A stretch of 29,519 nt of DNA. Source: an uncultured Candidatus Saccharibacteria bacterium (GTDB lineage: Bacteria > Patescibacteriota > Minisyncoccia > Phycocordibacterales > Phycocordibacteraceae). This document shows positions 1 through 7,772 of the stretch, piece after piece; within the stretch, counting starts at the first letter, position 1; each line of letters opens with the position of its first letter. The stretch lies in assembly GCA_964356775.1 (NCBI GenBank), contig CAYHIQ010000002.1, positions 1 to 29,519 of the forward strand, given 5' to 3'. Position numbers and translations under genes: made by a program. The notes under the pieces are model-generated. The model did not search any database and had not been told where the DNA came from. It saw nothing but the letters and a program-made list of their open reading frames with translations.

Positions 1-2
1 CT

Positions 3-92
3 GCCCAAGCAGATGCAATCATCGCGCTTATACAATCCTTCGGAGCAGATGCTGCGGTGATTGCGAGAGTGAGGGTGGTGTTGGGGAGGTGA
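3..92 (+). CDS. 3' end of an upstream gene (partial), hypothetical protein ending ...AQADAIIALIQSFGADAAVIARVRVVLGR*
   Basis: Frame 3 is open from the window edge to TGA at 90-92 and reads as an amphipathic helical segment. Not in the ORF track because it has no start in the window. The other two + frames also stop near here, so the frame choice is a judgement. Confidence 0.5.
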   Translation, partial: AQADAIIALIQSFGADAAVIARVRVVLGR

Positions 93-104
93 GGGGGGTA
101 CAGG

Positions 105-118
105 ATAGAAAATAGAAA
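105..118. repeat. Short tandem repeat (ATAGAAA)x2 in the only sizeable intergenic region
   Basis: atagaaa at 105-111 and 112-118, read directly. Confidence 0.5.
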
Positions 119-155
119 CAAGAGCAACTCAGGGCAATAAATTGGTCCGAGATTT

Positions 156-164
156 TGTTATACT
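156..164 (+). promoter_or_regulatory. Extended -10 element TGtTATACT, 8 nt upstream of ATG 173 (probable leaderless transcript)
   Basis: TG 156-157 and TATACT 159-164; no SD-like motif between it and the ATG. Confidence 0.55.
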
Positions 165-172
165 TCACAGTG

Positions 173-2077
173 ATGGAAAATCCTGAGCGCGTTACCTACT
201 TCGCTGCGACCGATTCGCGGGGGAAAAATATTCCTTTCGGCATCAAGTCGAAGGATCGTGATCGCCATATGTATATCATCGGCAAGACCGGTATGGGCAA
301 GTCGACCTTGCTCGAGAATATGGCGATTCAGGATATCCGAAACGGCGAAGGACTTGCGTTTATCGACCCTCACGGTGGAACGGTCGAGCGACTACTCGAC
401 TATATTCCTGAAGACCGCATAAAGGACGTCGTCTATTTCGCCCCGTTTGATATGGAACATCCTATCGCGTTTAATGTGATGGAGGATGTCGGCTACGATA
501 AGCGCCATCTCGTGGTCTCCGGTCTCATGGCGACATTTAAAAAAATCTGGCAGGACGCGTGGAGCGCGCGTATGGAATACATTCTTACGAATACACTTCT
601 TGCGCTCCTTGAGTATCCTGATGCGACGCTACTCAGCGTTAATCGCATGTATACCGACAAGGCGTTTCGTCAAAAAGTTGTTGATAATGTGAAAGATCCG
701 GTCGTGAAGGATTTATGGACGAAAGAGTTCGCAAATTACGGTGATCGGTACACTCAGGAAGCGACACCTGCCATTCAGAACAAGGTCGGTCAATTTACCG
801 GCAATCCGCTCATTAGGAATATCATCGGCCAGTCAAAATCTTCTTTCGATATCCGTACGATGATGGATGAGAAGAAGATACTCATCATCAATCTCTCCAA
901 AGGACTTGTGGGAGAGACCAATATGCGCCTTCTCGGCTCAATGCTCACGACGCGCATCTTTCTTGCTGCGATGAGTCGTGCCGACCTTCCTGCGGCAAAA
1001 CTTGCGAAACTCCCACACTTTTATTTCTATGTGGACGAGTTTCAGAACTTCGCAAACGAGACTTTCGCAGAGATCCTCTCCGAGGCGCGCAAATATAAAT
1101 TGAATCTGGTCATCGCGCATCAGTATATCGAGCAGATGGAAGAGGAAGTGCGTGACGCTGTTTTCGGCAACGTCGGTACGACGGTCGTCTTCCGTGTTGG
1201 GCCTTTTGACGCCGAGGTGTTGGAGACAATCTTTATGCCGAAATTCACAAAAGAAGATATTGTCGCGCTTGATCGGCGACAAGTATATCTTACGCTCATG
1301 ATAGACGGTGTCGGATCGTCGCCGTTCTCTGCTGTGACTATTCCGCCCATAGAGGCGCCAGCGGTGTCCTATCGAGAACAGGTCCTTGCTTCCTCGCATG
1401 CACAATTCACAGTCTCTCGCGCCGGCGTCGAGAGCTCCATCATAGAAGAGCTTGCGGCGAGTGCAGCATCTGAAGCGCCCGCCGATGCGCGAATGCGAAA
1501 AAAGCCAGTATCGCGCCCGATTGTACAGAAAGAAGTCGTGTCGTCTCTACCACCTAAACCTTTTGTTCCTCGTGAAGAGATTTCATCACCTATCATCTCA
1601 AGTAGTGGAGTAGTTCAACCGGCTGTTGCTCCACAAAACCTTTCCGTTCCTCAGCAACCCGTGCCTTCTTCCGCCCAAACTCCCGCTGTCCAGATGCAGC
1701 GTCCTATCGTTCGCGAAACTACGCTATCAGTTCGCCAGAGCACGAATCCTGGTAAGTCATTCGTGCCGCGTCCGAATACTTCGACTAAAAGCGCCGACGA
1801 TCTCAAGTCAATTTTGCGCACTATGACGGTCAAGACCGGCACCGAGCGAGAACAGAAGAAAACAGAGCATCAACAATCTCTCAAGGGAGCTCTTGCCGAT
1901 GTGTTGACCCGAAGCGAACTACCGATGGTAGCGGGCACTCAACCAAAGCAGAGCGACCCGTCGGGAATCCTGAAGCAGGAGATACGTGGCACCCCACCGG
2001 GTGTTCCGGTGCAGGAAAATAAACCTTTTGAAGTTTCCGAAGATGTTCTGCGGAAAGTGTTTAAGGGCGATACCTAG
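173..2077 (+). CDS. VirD4/TraD/TrwB-like (type IV coupling protein family) P-loop ATPase without N-terminal TM segment, with a long Pro/Ser/Gln-rich C-terminal tail
   Basis: Walker A HMYIIGKTGMGKST, FIDPHG, Walker B YVDEFQNF, LSEARKY..LVIAHQY, DAVFGNVGT. Start moved from TTG 155 to ATG 173 (MENPERV). Confidence 0.85.
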   Translation: MENPERVTYFAATDSRGKNIPFGIKSKDRDRHMYIIGKTGMGKSTLLENMAIQDIRNGEGLAFIDPHGGTVERLLDYIPEDRIKDVVYFAPFDMEHPIAFNVMEDVGYDKRHLVVSGLMATFKKIWQDAWSARMEYILTNTLLALLEYPDATLLSVNRMYTDKAFRQKVVDNVKDPVVKDLWTKEFANYGDRYTQEATPAIQNKVGQFTGNPLIRNIIGQSKSSFDIRTMMDEKKILIINLSKGLVGETNMRLLGSMLTTRIFLAAMSRADLPAAKLAKLPHFYFYVDEFQNFANETFAEILSEARKYKLNLVIAHQYIEQMEEEVRDAVFGNVGTTVVFRVGPFDAEVLETIFMPKFTKEDIVALDRRQVYLTLMIDGVGSSPFSAVTIPPIEAPAVSYREQVLASSHAQFTVSRAGVESSIIEELAASAASEAPADARMRKKPVSRPIVQKEVVSSLPPKPFVPREEISSPIISSSGVVQPAVAPQNLSVPQQPVPSSAQTPAVQMQRPIVRETTLSVRQSTNPGKSFVPRPNTSTKSADDLKSILRTMTVKTGTEREQKKTEHQQSLKGALADVLTRSELPMVAGTQPKQSDPSGILKQEIRGTPPGVPVQENKPFEVSEDVLRKVFKGDT

Positions 2078-2080
2078 AAC

Positions 2081-2626
2081 ATGCGTACCGCCAGTTTAGT
2101 AGCGCTGGCCATGTTCTTCCCTGTATTCGTATGGGCGGCCGGATTGGTAAATATAAACACGGCATCTGTGACACTCCTCGATACTCTTCCCGGCATCGGA
2201 CCATTGAAGGCTGCGGCTATCATTGACTATCGAACCAAGAATGGCTACTTCGCCACCACTTCTGATATTCAGAAAGTAAGCGGCATTGGCCCTGCGACGT
2301 TTGCAAAGCTTGAAAAGCTCATCACGATTGTATTGCCCGAATCGCAACTTTCTGAGTCTCCAGTACGTTATAAGAAAGCACAGGAGGTCGAGTCGATTAT
2401 CAACACAAAGACAAACATTCAAAGACATGAGGAAGCAGTACTAGCCCCCACAGCGGTGACTGAAGTCGCCGCTGTGGGGGCGGCATTAATTCCCGTACCT
2501 CCAGCATCCGAGCAAAAGACTGCTCCAGAAACGAATAATCGCGCCTCCGGTATCTTCCGCTCCTCATGGACTCTCGGTTTTCTCGGTGTTGTGATGCTTG
2601 CTGGGGCGGCATTTATATTCTTTTAG
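2081..2626 (+). CDS. comEA: ComEA-like helix-hairpin-helix DNA-binding protein with N-terminal signal peptide and C-terminal TM anchor
   Basis: VNINTASVTLLDTLPGIGPLKAAAIIDYR...F...DIQKVSGIGPATF (tandem HhH); hydrophobic N-terminus ending VWA; C-terminal WTLGFLGVVMLAGAAFIFF. Confidence 0.8.
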   Translation: MRTASLVALAMFFPVFVWAAGLVNINTASVTLLDTLPGIGPLKAAAIIDYRTKNGYFATTSDIQKVSGIGPATFAKLEKLITIVLPESQLSESPVRYKKAQEVESIINTKTNIQRHEEAVLAPTAVTEVAAVGAALIPVPPASEQKTAPETNNRASGIFRSSWTLGFLGVVMLAGAAFIFF

Positions 2627-2632
2627 TTATCC

Positions 2633-3775
2633 ATGAAGCATCGCATCCTTATTTTTTCACTCGCATATCTGCCTCACGTCGGCGGAGCGGAAGTGGCGCT
2701 CAAAGAAATTACTGATCGAATCTCTGATATCGAATTTCATATACTGACGCTTAATTTCGGCGGGGAAGCGAGAGAAGAAAAGATCGGAAATATCTTCGTG
2801 CATCGGATAGGGAACAACTCCTCATATATTTCGAAAATATTGTTTGCACCACGTGCTGCTTTTGCGGCGCGTAGGTTGCACATCGCCACCCCTTTTGATG
2901 CTTGTTGGGCGATGATGAGCTATATGCTGTTTCCAATCGTGTTGATGCGCCTCCTAAATATACGCATCCCCTATCTCTTGACCCTTCAAGAAGGAGATCC
3001 GTGGCAAAGAATGTTCTCGCGCTGGTTCATTCTCCCATTTCGCCCACTGCTTTCTATTGGTTTTAAGAATGCATCAGCAGTGCAATCGATCTCAACCTAT
3101 CTCGCGCGTTGGGCGCGTCGCATGGGTTACCAAAGCGATGTGCAAGTAATTCCGAATGGCGTCGATGTTGTGCGTTTCGCACGTGTCCCACATTCGGTGC
3201 GTGATACGTCAAAGCACGCAACCCTGGTAACGACGTCTCGGCTGGTGCATAAAAATGCGATTGATGATGTAATTCGCGCACTTGCGCTCCTTCCCGATAC
3301 CGTGCATTTCTCGATATATGGTATCGGGCCGGACGAAGGTGCGTTGCAGGCATTGGTTAAAAAGCTTAGTATCGGACATCGCGTAGCATTCAAGGGTCAT
3401 ATTGATCATTCGGAATTGCCGCGAGTGCTTGGCGAGTGCGACATTTTCATCCGCCCCTCGCGTTCCGAGGGTATGGGGAATTCGTTCATCGAGGCGATGG
3501 CCGCTGAACTTCCGGTTATTGCGACGCAGGTTGGTGGCATCGCAGACTTTCTTTTCGATGCGAAACGAAATCCTGATACAGAAACTACCGGTTGGGCAGT
3601 CGATGTCGACTCGCCGGAGCAGATTGCGGAAGCAGTGAAAGATATCCTCGCGCACCCTGAACAGGTTGCACAGGTGAAAGCGAGAGCAAAAAAACTTGTT
3701 GCTCTGAACTATGATTGGAATCATGTCGCCCAAAAGATGAAAACACTCTTCGACCGCCTGCTCGAAAACAAGTAG
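2633..3775 (+). CDS. Glycosyltransferase family 4 (GT-B, retaining)
   Basis: YLPHVGGAE, VIPNGVD, SRLVHKNAID, FIRPSRSEGMGNSFIEAMAAELPVIAT (EX7E motif). Confidence 0.92.
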   Translation: MKHRILIFSLAYLPHVGGAEVALKEITDRISDIEFHILTLNFGGEAREEKIGNIFVHRIGNNSSYISKILFAPRAAFAARRLHIATPFDACWAMMSYMLFPIVLMRLLNIRIPYLLTLQEGDPWQRMFSRWFILPFRPLLSIGFKNASAVQSISTYLARWARRMGYQSDVQVIPNGVDVVRFARVPHSVRDTSKHATLVTTSRLVHKNAIDDVIRALALLPDTVHFSIYGIGPDEGALQALVKKLSIGHRVAFKGHIDHSELPRVLGECDIFIRPSRSEGMGNSFIEAMAAELPVIATQVGGIADFLFDAKRNPDTETTGWAVDVDSPEQIAEAVKDILAHPEQVAQVKARAKKLVALNYDWNHVAQKMKTLFDRLLENK

Positions 3776-3778
3776 AAT
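3773..3778 (+). promoter_or_regulatory. Putative -10 element TAGAAT overlapping the upstream stop codon, 7 nt before ATG 3786
   Basis: Read directly; spacing matches other genes in the window. Confidence 0.4.
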
Positions 3779-3785
3779 ACGGCCT

Positions 3786-4802
3786 ATGAAACTTGCCATA
3801 GCGACTCCTCTGTACCCGCCCGAGATAGGCGGCCCGGCGACGTATGCAAAGCTCCTCTTCGAGGGGTTGCCAGCAAAGGGGATTGAAGTTGAACTCGTGA
3901 AGTTCAGCGAGGTTCGACACCTGCCGAAAATCGTACGTCATTACACCTACTACCGTCGCGTGCTCAAGGCTGCGCGCAATGCGGATATGGTGCTTGCGCT
4001 CGATCCGACCTCGGTCGGATTGCCGGCGATGTATGCAGCGAAGAAAGTCGGGAAACCTTTTGTCGTGAAGATTGTCGGCGACTATGCATGGGAGCAGGGA
4101 GTACAGCGGTTTGGTATTACACAGAACCTCGACGAGTTCGTAAAAACGAAGCAAAAAAACTTTTTCGTTCGTGCCTTGCAGAAGATACAGACATTCGTAG
4201 CGAGCGCGGCAACGTACAGTATTGTACCCAGCCCCTATCTGAAAGACATTATTTTGGAGTGGGGAATTCCAGAAGAGAAGATACGAATGATTTATAATGG
4301 CATTGGACTCCCTTCAAATATACCAATTTGTCAGAAGAAGGAAGGAGAATTTCTCGTTGTTTCGGCAGGCAGGAGAGTCCCTTGGAAGGGTTTTGAAGCA
4401 ATAGAGCGCGTTGTGGAGAAACATAAAAACGAGAATTGGCGTTCATTCATCGCTTCTGGACTTTCGCGTGCTGAGACACTCGGATGGATGAAAATTGCCG
4501 ATGTGTTCGTGCTTAATTCTAGTTACGAAGGATTCCCGCACGCTCTTATTGAGGCGATGACTCTCGGTACGCCTGTCGTCGCGACCGATGCAAGATTCCA
4601 TAGAACGTTACTTGAGCATGGGAAGACGGGTATTCTTATACCAATCGGAGATGACAATGCTCTCGAACGAGTTCTGCTCGAAATACGAAGCAATCCCGAC
4701 AGCGCAAGCGAACGGGCGCGTGCTGCGCAAAAACGCATGGAAGATTTTTCGCTTCCGCATATGCTCGAGTCCACTGCATATTTCCTCAAACAAGTCGTAT
4801 GA
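3786..4802 (+). CDS. Glycosyltransferase family 4
   Basis: YPPEIGGPATY, IYNGI, AGRRVPWKG, FVLNSSYEGFPHALIEAMTLGTPVVAT. Confidence 0.92.
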   Translation: MKLAIATPLYPPEIGGPATYAKLLFEGLPAKGIEVELVKFSEVRHLPKIVRHYTYYRRVLKAARNADMVLALDPTSVGLPAMYAAKKVGKPFVVKIVGDYAWEQGVQRFGITQNLDEFVKTKQKNFFVRALQKIQTFVASAATYSIVPSPYLKDIILEWGIPEEKIRMIYNGIGLPSNIPICQKKEGEFLVVSAGRRVPWKGFEAIERVVEKHKNENWRSFIASGLSRAETLGWMKIADVFVLNSSYEGFPHALIEAMTLGTPVVATDARFHRTLLEHGKTGILIPIGDDNALERVLLEIRSNPDSASERARAAQKRMEDFSLPHMLESTAYFLKQVV

Positions 4803-5992
4803 AAATCCTTTTCATCTCAAATGATCCATCGTTATTCGTCGCTGAAAGCGTGTCGCGCGCGCGCATGCGCGCTTATGCGGCAGTGATAGGGGAGCTACAC
4901 ATACTCTCTTCTGCGGGCAAGGATGCGAAAGAAGAACAAGACGGGAATCTCTTTTTGTATCCGATGCGTGTGTGGAAGATTTTTCGCGTACACGCGTTCA
5001 CTAAACGCGCGCGCGTGCTTATCCTTAGATATGGCATCGAAGTGGTTTCAGCACAGGATCCTTTTGAGCACGGACTTGTGGCGCTTCGCGCTACACGAGG
5101 AACAAATGCGAAACTACACATTCAAGTGCATACCGATTTCCTCTCGCCATGGTTCACTAGAGGCGGCAATTTGCGCAGTCCGCGAGTGCGGATGCCGCTC
5201 CTCAATCGGTATCGCCGCTCTGTTGCTGATCGCGTACTGCCCGCAGCTAGCGGCATCCGCACGGTCTCCGAGCGGGTAAAGGCATCGCTCGTTGAACGTT
5301 ATGGAAACCGAATTCCCGAACCGACGGTCATTCCAATTACGGTCTCGGCCGAGGTACCGGAGCGCGTACCATTGCCCGCACATCGTTTTACGTTCGCACT
5401 CATCACGGTCGGTCGCCTTGAGCCGGAGAAACGTATCGAAGATATCCTTATGGCGCTCTCACTCGTCGTGAAGCAGTATCCGATGGTCGGACTCTTCATT
5501 GTAGGCGAGGGTCGCGAGCGCAAGTGGCTTGAACGGATGACACATTCGTTTGATCTCGAAAAACACGTCATATTCCTCGGAGAACGTCCGGATGCATGGG
5601 CGCTTATGGGGAGCGCGCAAGCATTCATCCAAGCGAGCGCGTATGAAGGTTACGGCCGCACGCTTATCGAAGCGGCGCTCGTCAGGGTCCCCATCATCAC
5701 GACCAATGTCGGCATCGTGGGCGAAGTGTTCAAAGGCCATGAAGATGTCCTCGCCGTGCCGGTAGCCGATCCGATGGCGCTTTCTCGCAATATCGTCCGG
5801 ATCATCGAAGATACTTCAGTGCGGCTTGAGCTCCCGATGCACGCCGAGGCTGCGGCACGCGCACATCTCCTGCAGCAGGACTCCCGAAGGGGAGTAGGTG
5901 CGGTCGCCGATCTGCCGACGCGCATCGGAGACGACTTAGCGCGGGTATGTGCAGAAAATAATCGCTCCTATGAGGAGTCTACAAAACCATGA
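4799..5992 (+). CDS. Glycosyltransferase family 4
   Basis: VGRLEPEKRIED, VGEGRER, FIQASAYEGYGRTLIEAALVRVPIITT; ATGA overlap with the previous gene. Confidence 0.9.
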   Translation: MKILFISNDPSLFVAESVSRARMRAYAAVIGELHILSSAGKDAKEEQDGNLFLYPMRVWKIFRVHAFTKRARVLILRYGIEVVSAQDPFEHGLVALRATRGTNAKLHIQVHTDFLSPWFTRGGNLRSPRVRMPLLNRYRRSVADRVLPAASGIRTVSERVKASLVERYGNRIPEPTVIPITVSAEVPERVPLPAHRFTFALITVGRLEPEKRIEDILMALSLVVKQYPMVGLFIVGEGRERKWLERMTHSFDLEKHVIFLGERPDAWALMGSAQAFIQASAYEGYGRTLIEAALVRVPIITTNVGIVGEVFKGHEDVLAVPVADPMALSRNIVRIIEDTSVRLELPMHAEAAARAHLLQQDSRRGVGAVADLPTRIGDDLARVCAENNRSYEESTKP

Positions 5993-6678
5993 GTTATTTT
6001 AGCGGTACGAGGAAGCCTGATTTTCGAAATATTTCCAGTCTCGATTACGATGCTTATTGGCGCTCACGGGGATTTCACCTCAATGAGACACTGAAAGAAC
6101 GAGAAACTATCATCGCCACCCTCATTCCCGCCGGGGCATCGGTCCTCGACGTTGGCTGTGGAAATTCTCTCCTGCCCGTTGTTCTTCGAGACAAAGGATG
6201 TTCGGTTACGGTGGGAGACATATCGACGATCGTTCTTGCAGGATATAAGCAAAAAGGGATCAAAACGCTCGAGGTAGATCTTGAAAACATACGCGAAGAT
6301 TTTTTGTTCGCAACGTATGACTACATTATTTTGAGCGAGGTTCTCGAACATACGAGGAATCCGGAAGAGATTATTCAGAAGCTAAAAAAACACACGAAGC
6401 ATTTCGTCCTTACGATTCCCAACAGTGCGTTTTATCGTTATCGGCTCCACCTAGTATTCCAAGGGAGATTTTTTACACAGTGGGTATCGCACCCTTCTGA
6501 ACACCTTCGCTTTTGGTCCCACATAGATTTCATGGACTGGATTCGCGATATGGGGCTTGTGGTAGACAGGGCGGAGTCTTCAAACGGTTTCTCTTTTTTC
6601 GGGCTGTTTCCTGGGCTCAAGAATATATGGAAGAACCTTTTCGGGCATCAGATCGTTTATAGTGTTACATGCCCCTAA
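5989..6678 (+). CDS. Class I SAM-dependent methyltransferase (MetW-like)
   Basis: VLDVGCG motif I, YDYIILSEVLEH, LTIPN; ATGA overlap. Confidence 0.85.
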   Translation: MSYFSGTRKPDFRNISSLDYDAYWRSRGFHLNETLKERETIIATLIPAGASVLDVGCGNSLLPVVLRDKGCSVTVGDISTIVLAGYKQKGIKTLEVDLENIREDFLFATYDYIILSEVLEHTRNPEEIIQKLKKHTKHFVLTIPNSAFYRYRLHLVFQGRFFTQWVSHPSEHLRFWSHIDFMDWIRDMGLVVDRAESSNGFSFFGLFPGLKNIWKNLFGHQIVYSVTCP

Positions 6679-6680
6679 CC

Positions 6681-7772
6681 ATGTTCTCACGCTCAGCATC
6701 AACTATCTGCGTTTTCGGGTTTGACGAGTTCAACGAGGGCGGGCGTACGTGGGCGATACGGACCGGTCTCGCTGAAAGCGGTACAACCGTGAAGTCATGC
6801 CGGACTGACGTCAAAGGATTTTTCGCGAAATGGCGCGATTTGTACCAGAAATGGAGGGGCATTGAAGGCGATATCCATGCAGTCTACGTAGTGTTCATGG
6901 GCTCCTATCTCATGCCACTTGCGTGGTATCTTGCACGTCGTCGTGGGAGCCTGATCATTCTCGACATGCTCATATCGCAGTACGACACTGAAGTCGGCGA
7001 CCGCAAACGACTGTCGCACTTTTCTCCACGAGCATGGTTTCTTTGGTTCGTGGATTTTTTTTCCTGCCTTCTTGCCGACGCGATTGTTGTTGATACGGCT
7101 GCGCACAAGATTTTTTTCGCCACGCATTTTTTCGTTGCTCCAGAGAAAATTATTGTGGCGCCCATCGGATGCCGATCCGACCTTTTCACATCCGCATCAG
7201 TCGAGAAGGAAATTGGAGACGAGTTAATTGTGGAATTTCACGGAACTTTCATTCCTTTGCAGGGTATCGAATACATCGTGGAGGCGGCGAAAATTCTCCA
7301 GGACAGGGACGAGAAGGTACGCTTCATGCTCGTCGGTACCGGGCAAACATTTGCCGAAACGGAGCGGCGGGTAAAAGAGCTCCATCTCACGAACGTTAAT
7401 CTAGTGGGTAGAAAATCGCCGAAGGATATTCCTCGCTATGTTGCGGAGGGCGACATTTGTCTCGGCATCTTCGGTGCGACGGATAAGGCACTGCGCGTCA
7501 TTCCAAATAAGGTGTATGAATGTCTTAGTGCCGGGAGGCCGACCATCACCGAACGGTCGCCAGCCGCGCTTGAAGTCCTGCATGATCGCGAGGAAGTTTG
7601 TATGGTTGAGCCTGCCGACCCCCGCGATATCGCGGAGAAAATACTGGAACTCAAGAATGACCCGGTGCTGCGCGCTCATCTCGGGAAGCGTGCTCGAGCA
7701 GTATCACTCGAACGCTTCTCTCCGCGCGCGATTGCGCGACCCCTCATAGACTGGCTCGTTTCGCGTATATGA
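6681..7772 (+). CDS. Glycosyltransferase family 4 (alternative start 6669)
   Basis: FHGTFIPLQGIEYI, DICLGIFG, VIPNKVYECLSAGRPTIT. Confidence 0.88.
   Translation: MFSRSASTICVFGFDEFNEGGRTWAIRTGLAESGTTVKSCRTDVKGFFAKWRDLYQKWRGIEGDIHAVYVVFMGSYLMPLAWYLARRRGSLIILDMLISQYDTEVGDRKRLSHFSPRAWFLWFVDFFSCLLADAIVVDTAAHKIFFATHFFVAPEKIIVAPIGCRSDLFTSASVEKEIGDELIVEFHGTFIPLQGIEYIVEAAKILQDRDEKVRFMLVGTGQTFAETERRVKELHLTNVNLVGRKSPKDIPRYVAEGDICLGIFGATDKALRVIPNKVYECLSAGRPTITERSPAALEVLHDREEVCMVEPADPRDIAEKILELKNDPVLRAHLGKRARAVSLERFSPRAIARPLIDWLVSRI

Noticed and set aside
173-2077. Conjugative element/ICE implied by the VirD4-like gene
   Set aside because: No relaxase, VirB4, integrase, att-like repeats or oriT-like structure seen in the window.
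5989-6678. metW as a methionine-biosynthesis gene
   Set aside because: No metX or other met genes nearby; the glycan context favours a generic methyltransferase, so no symbol was assigned.
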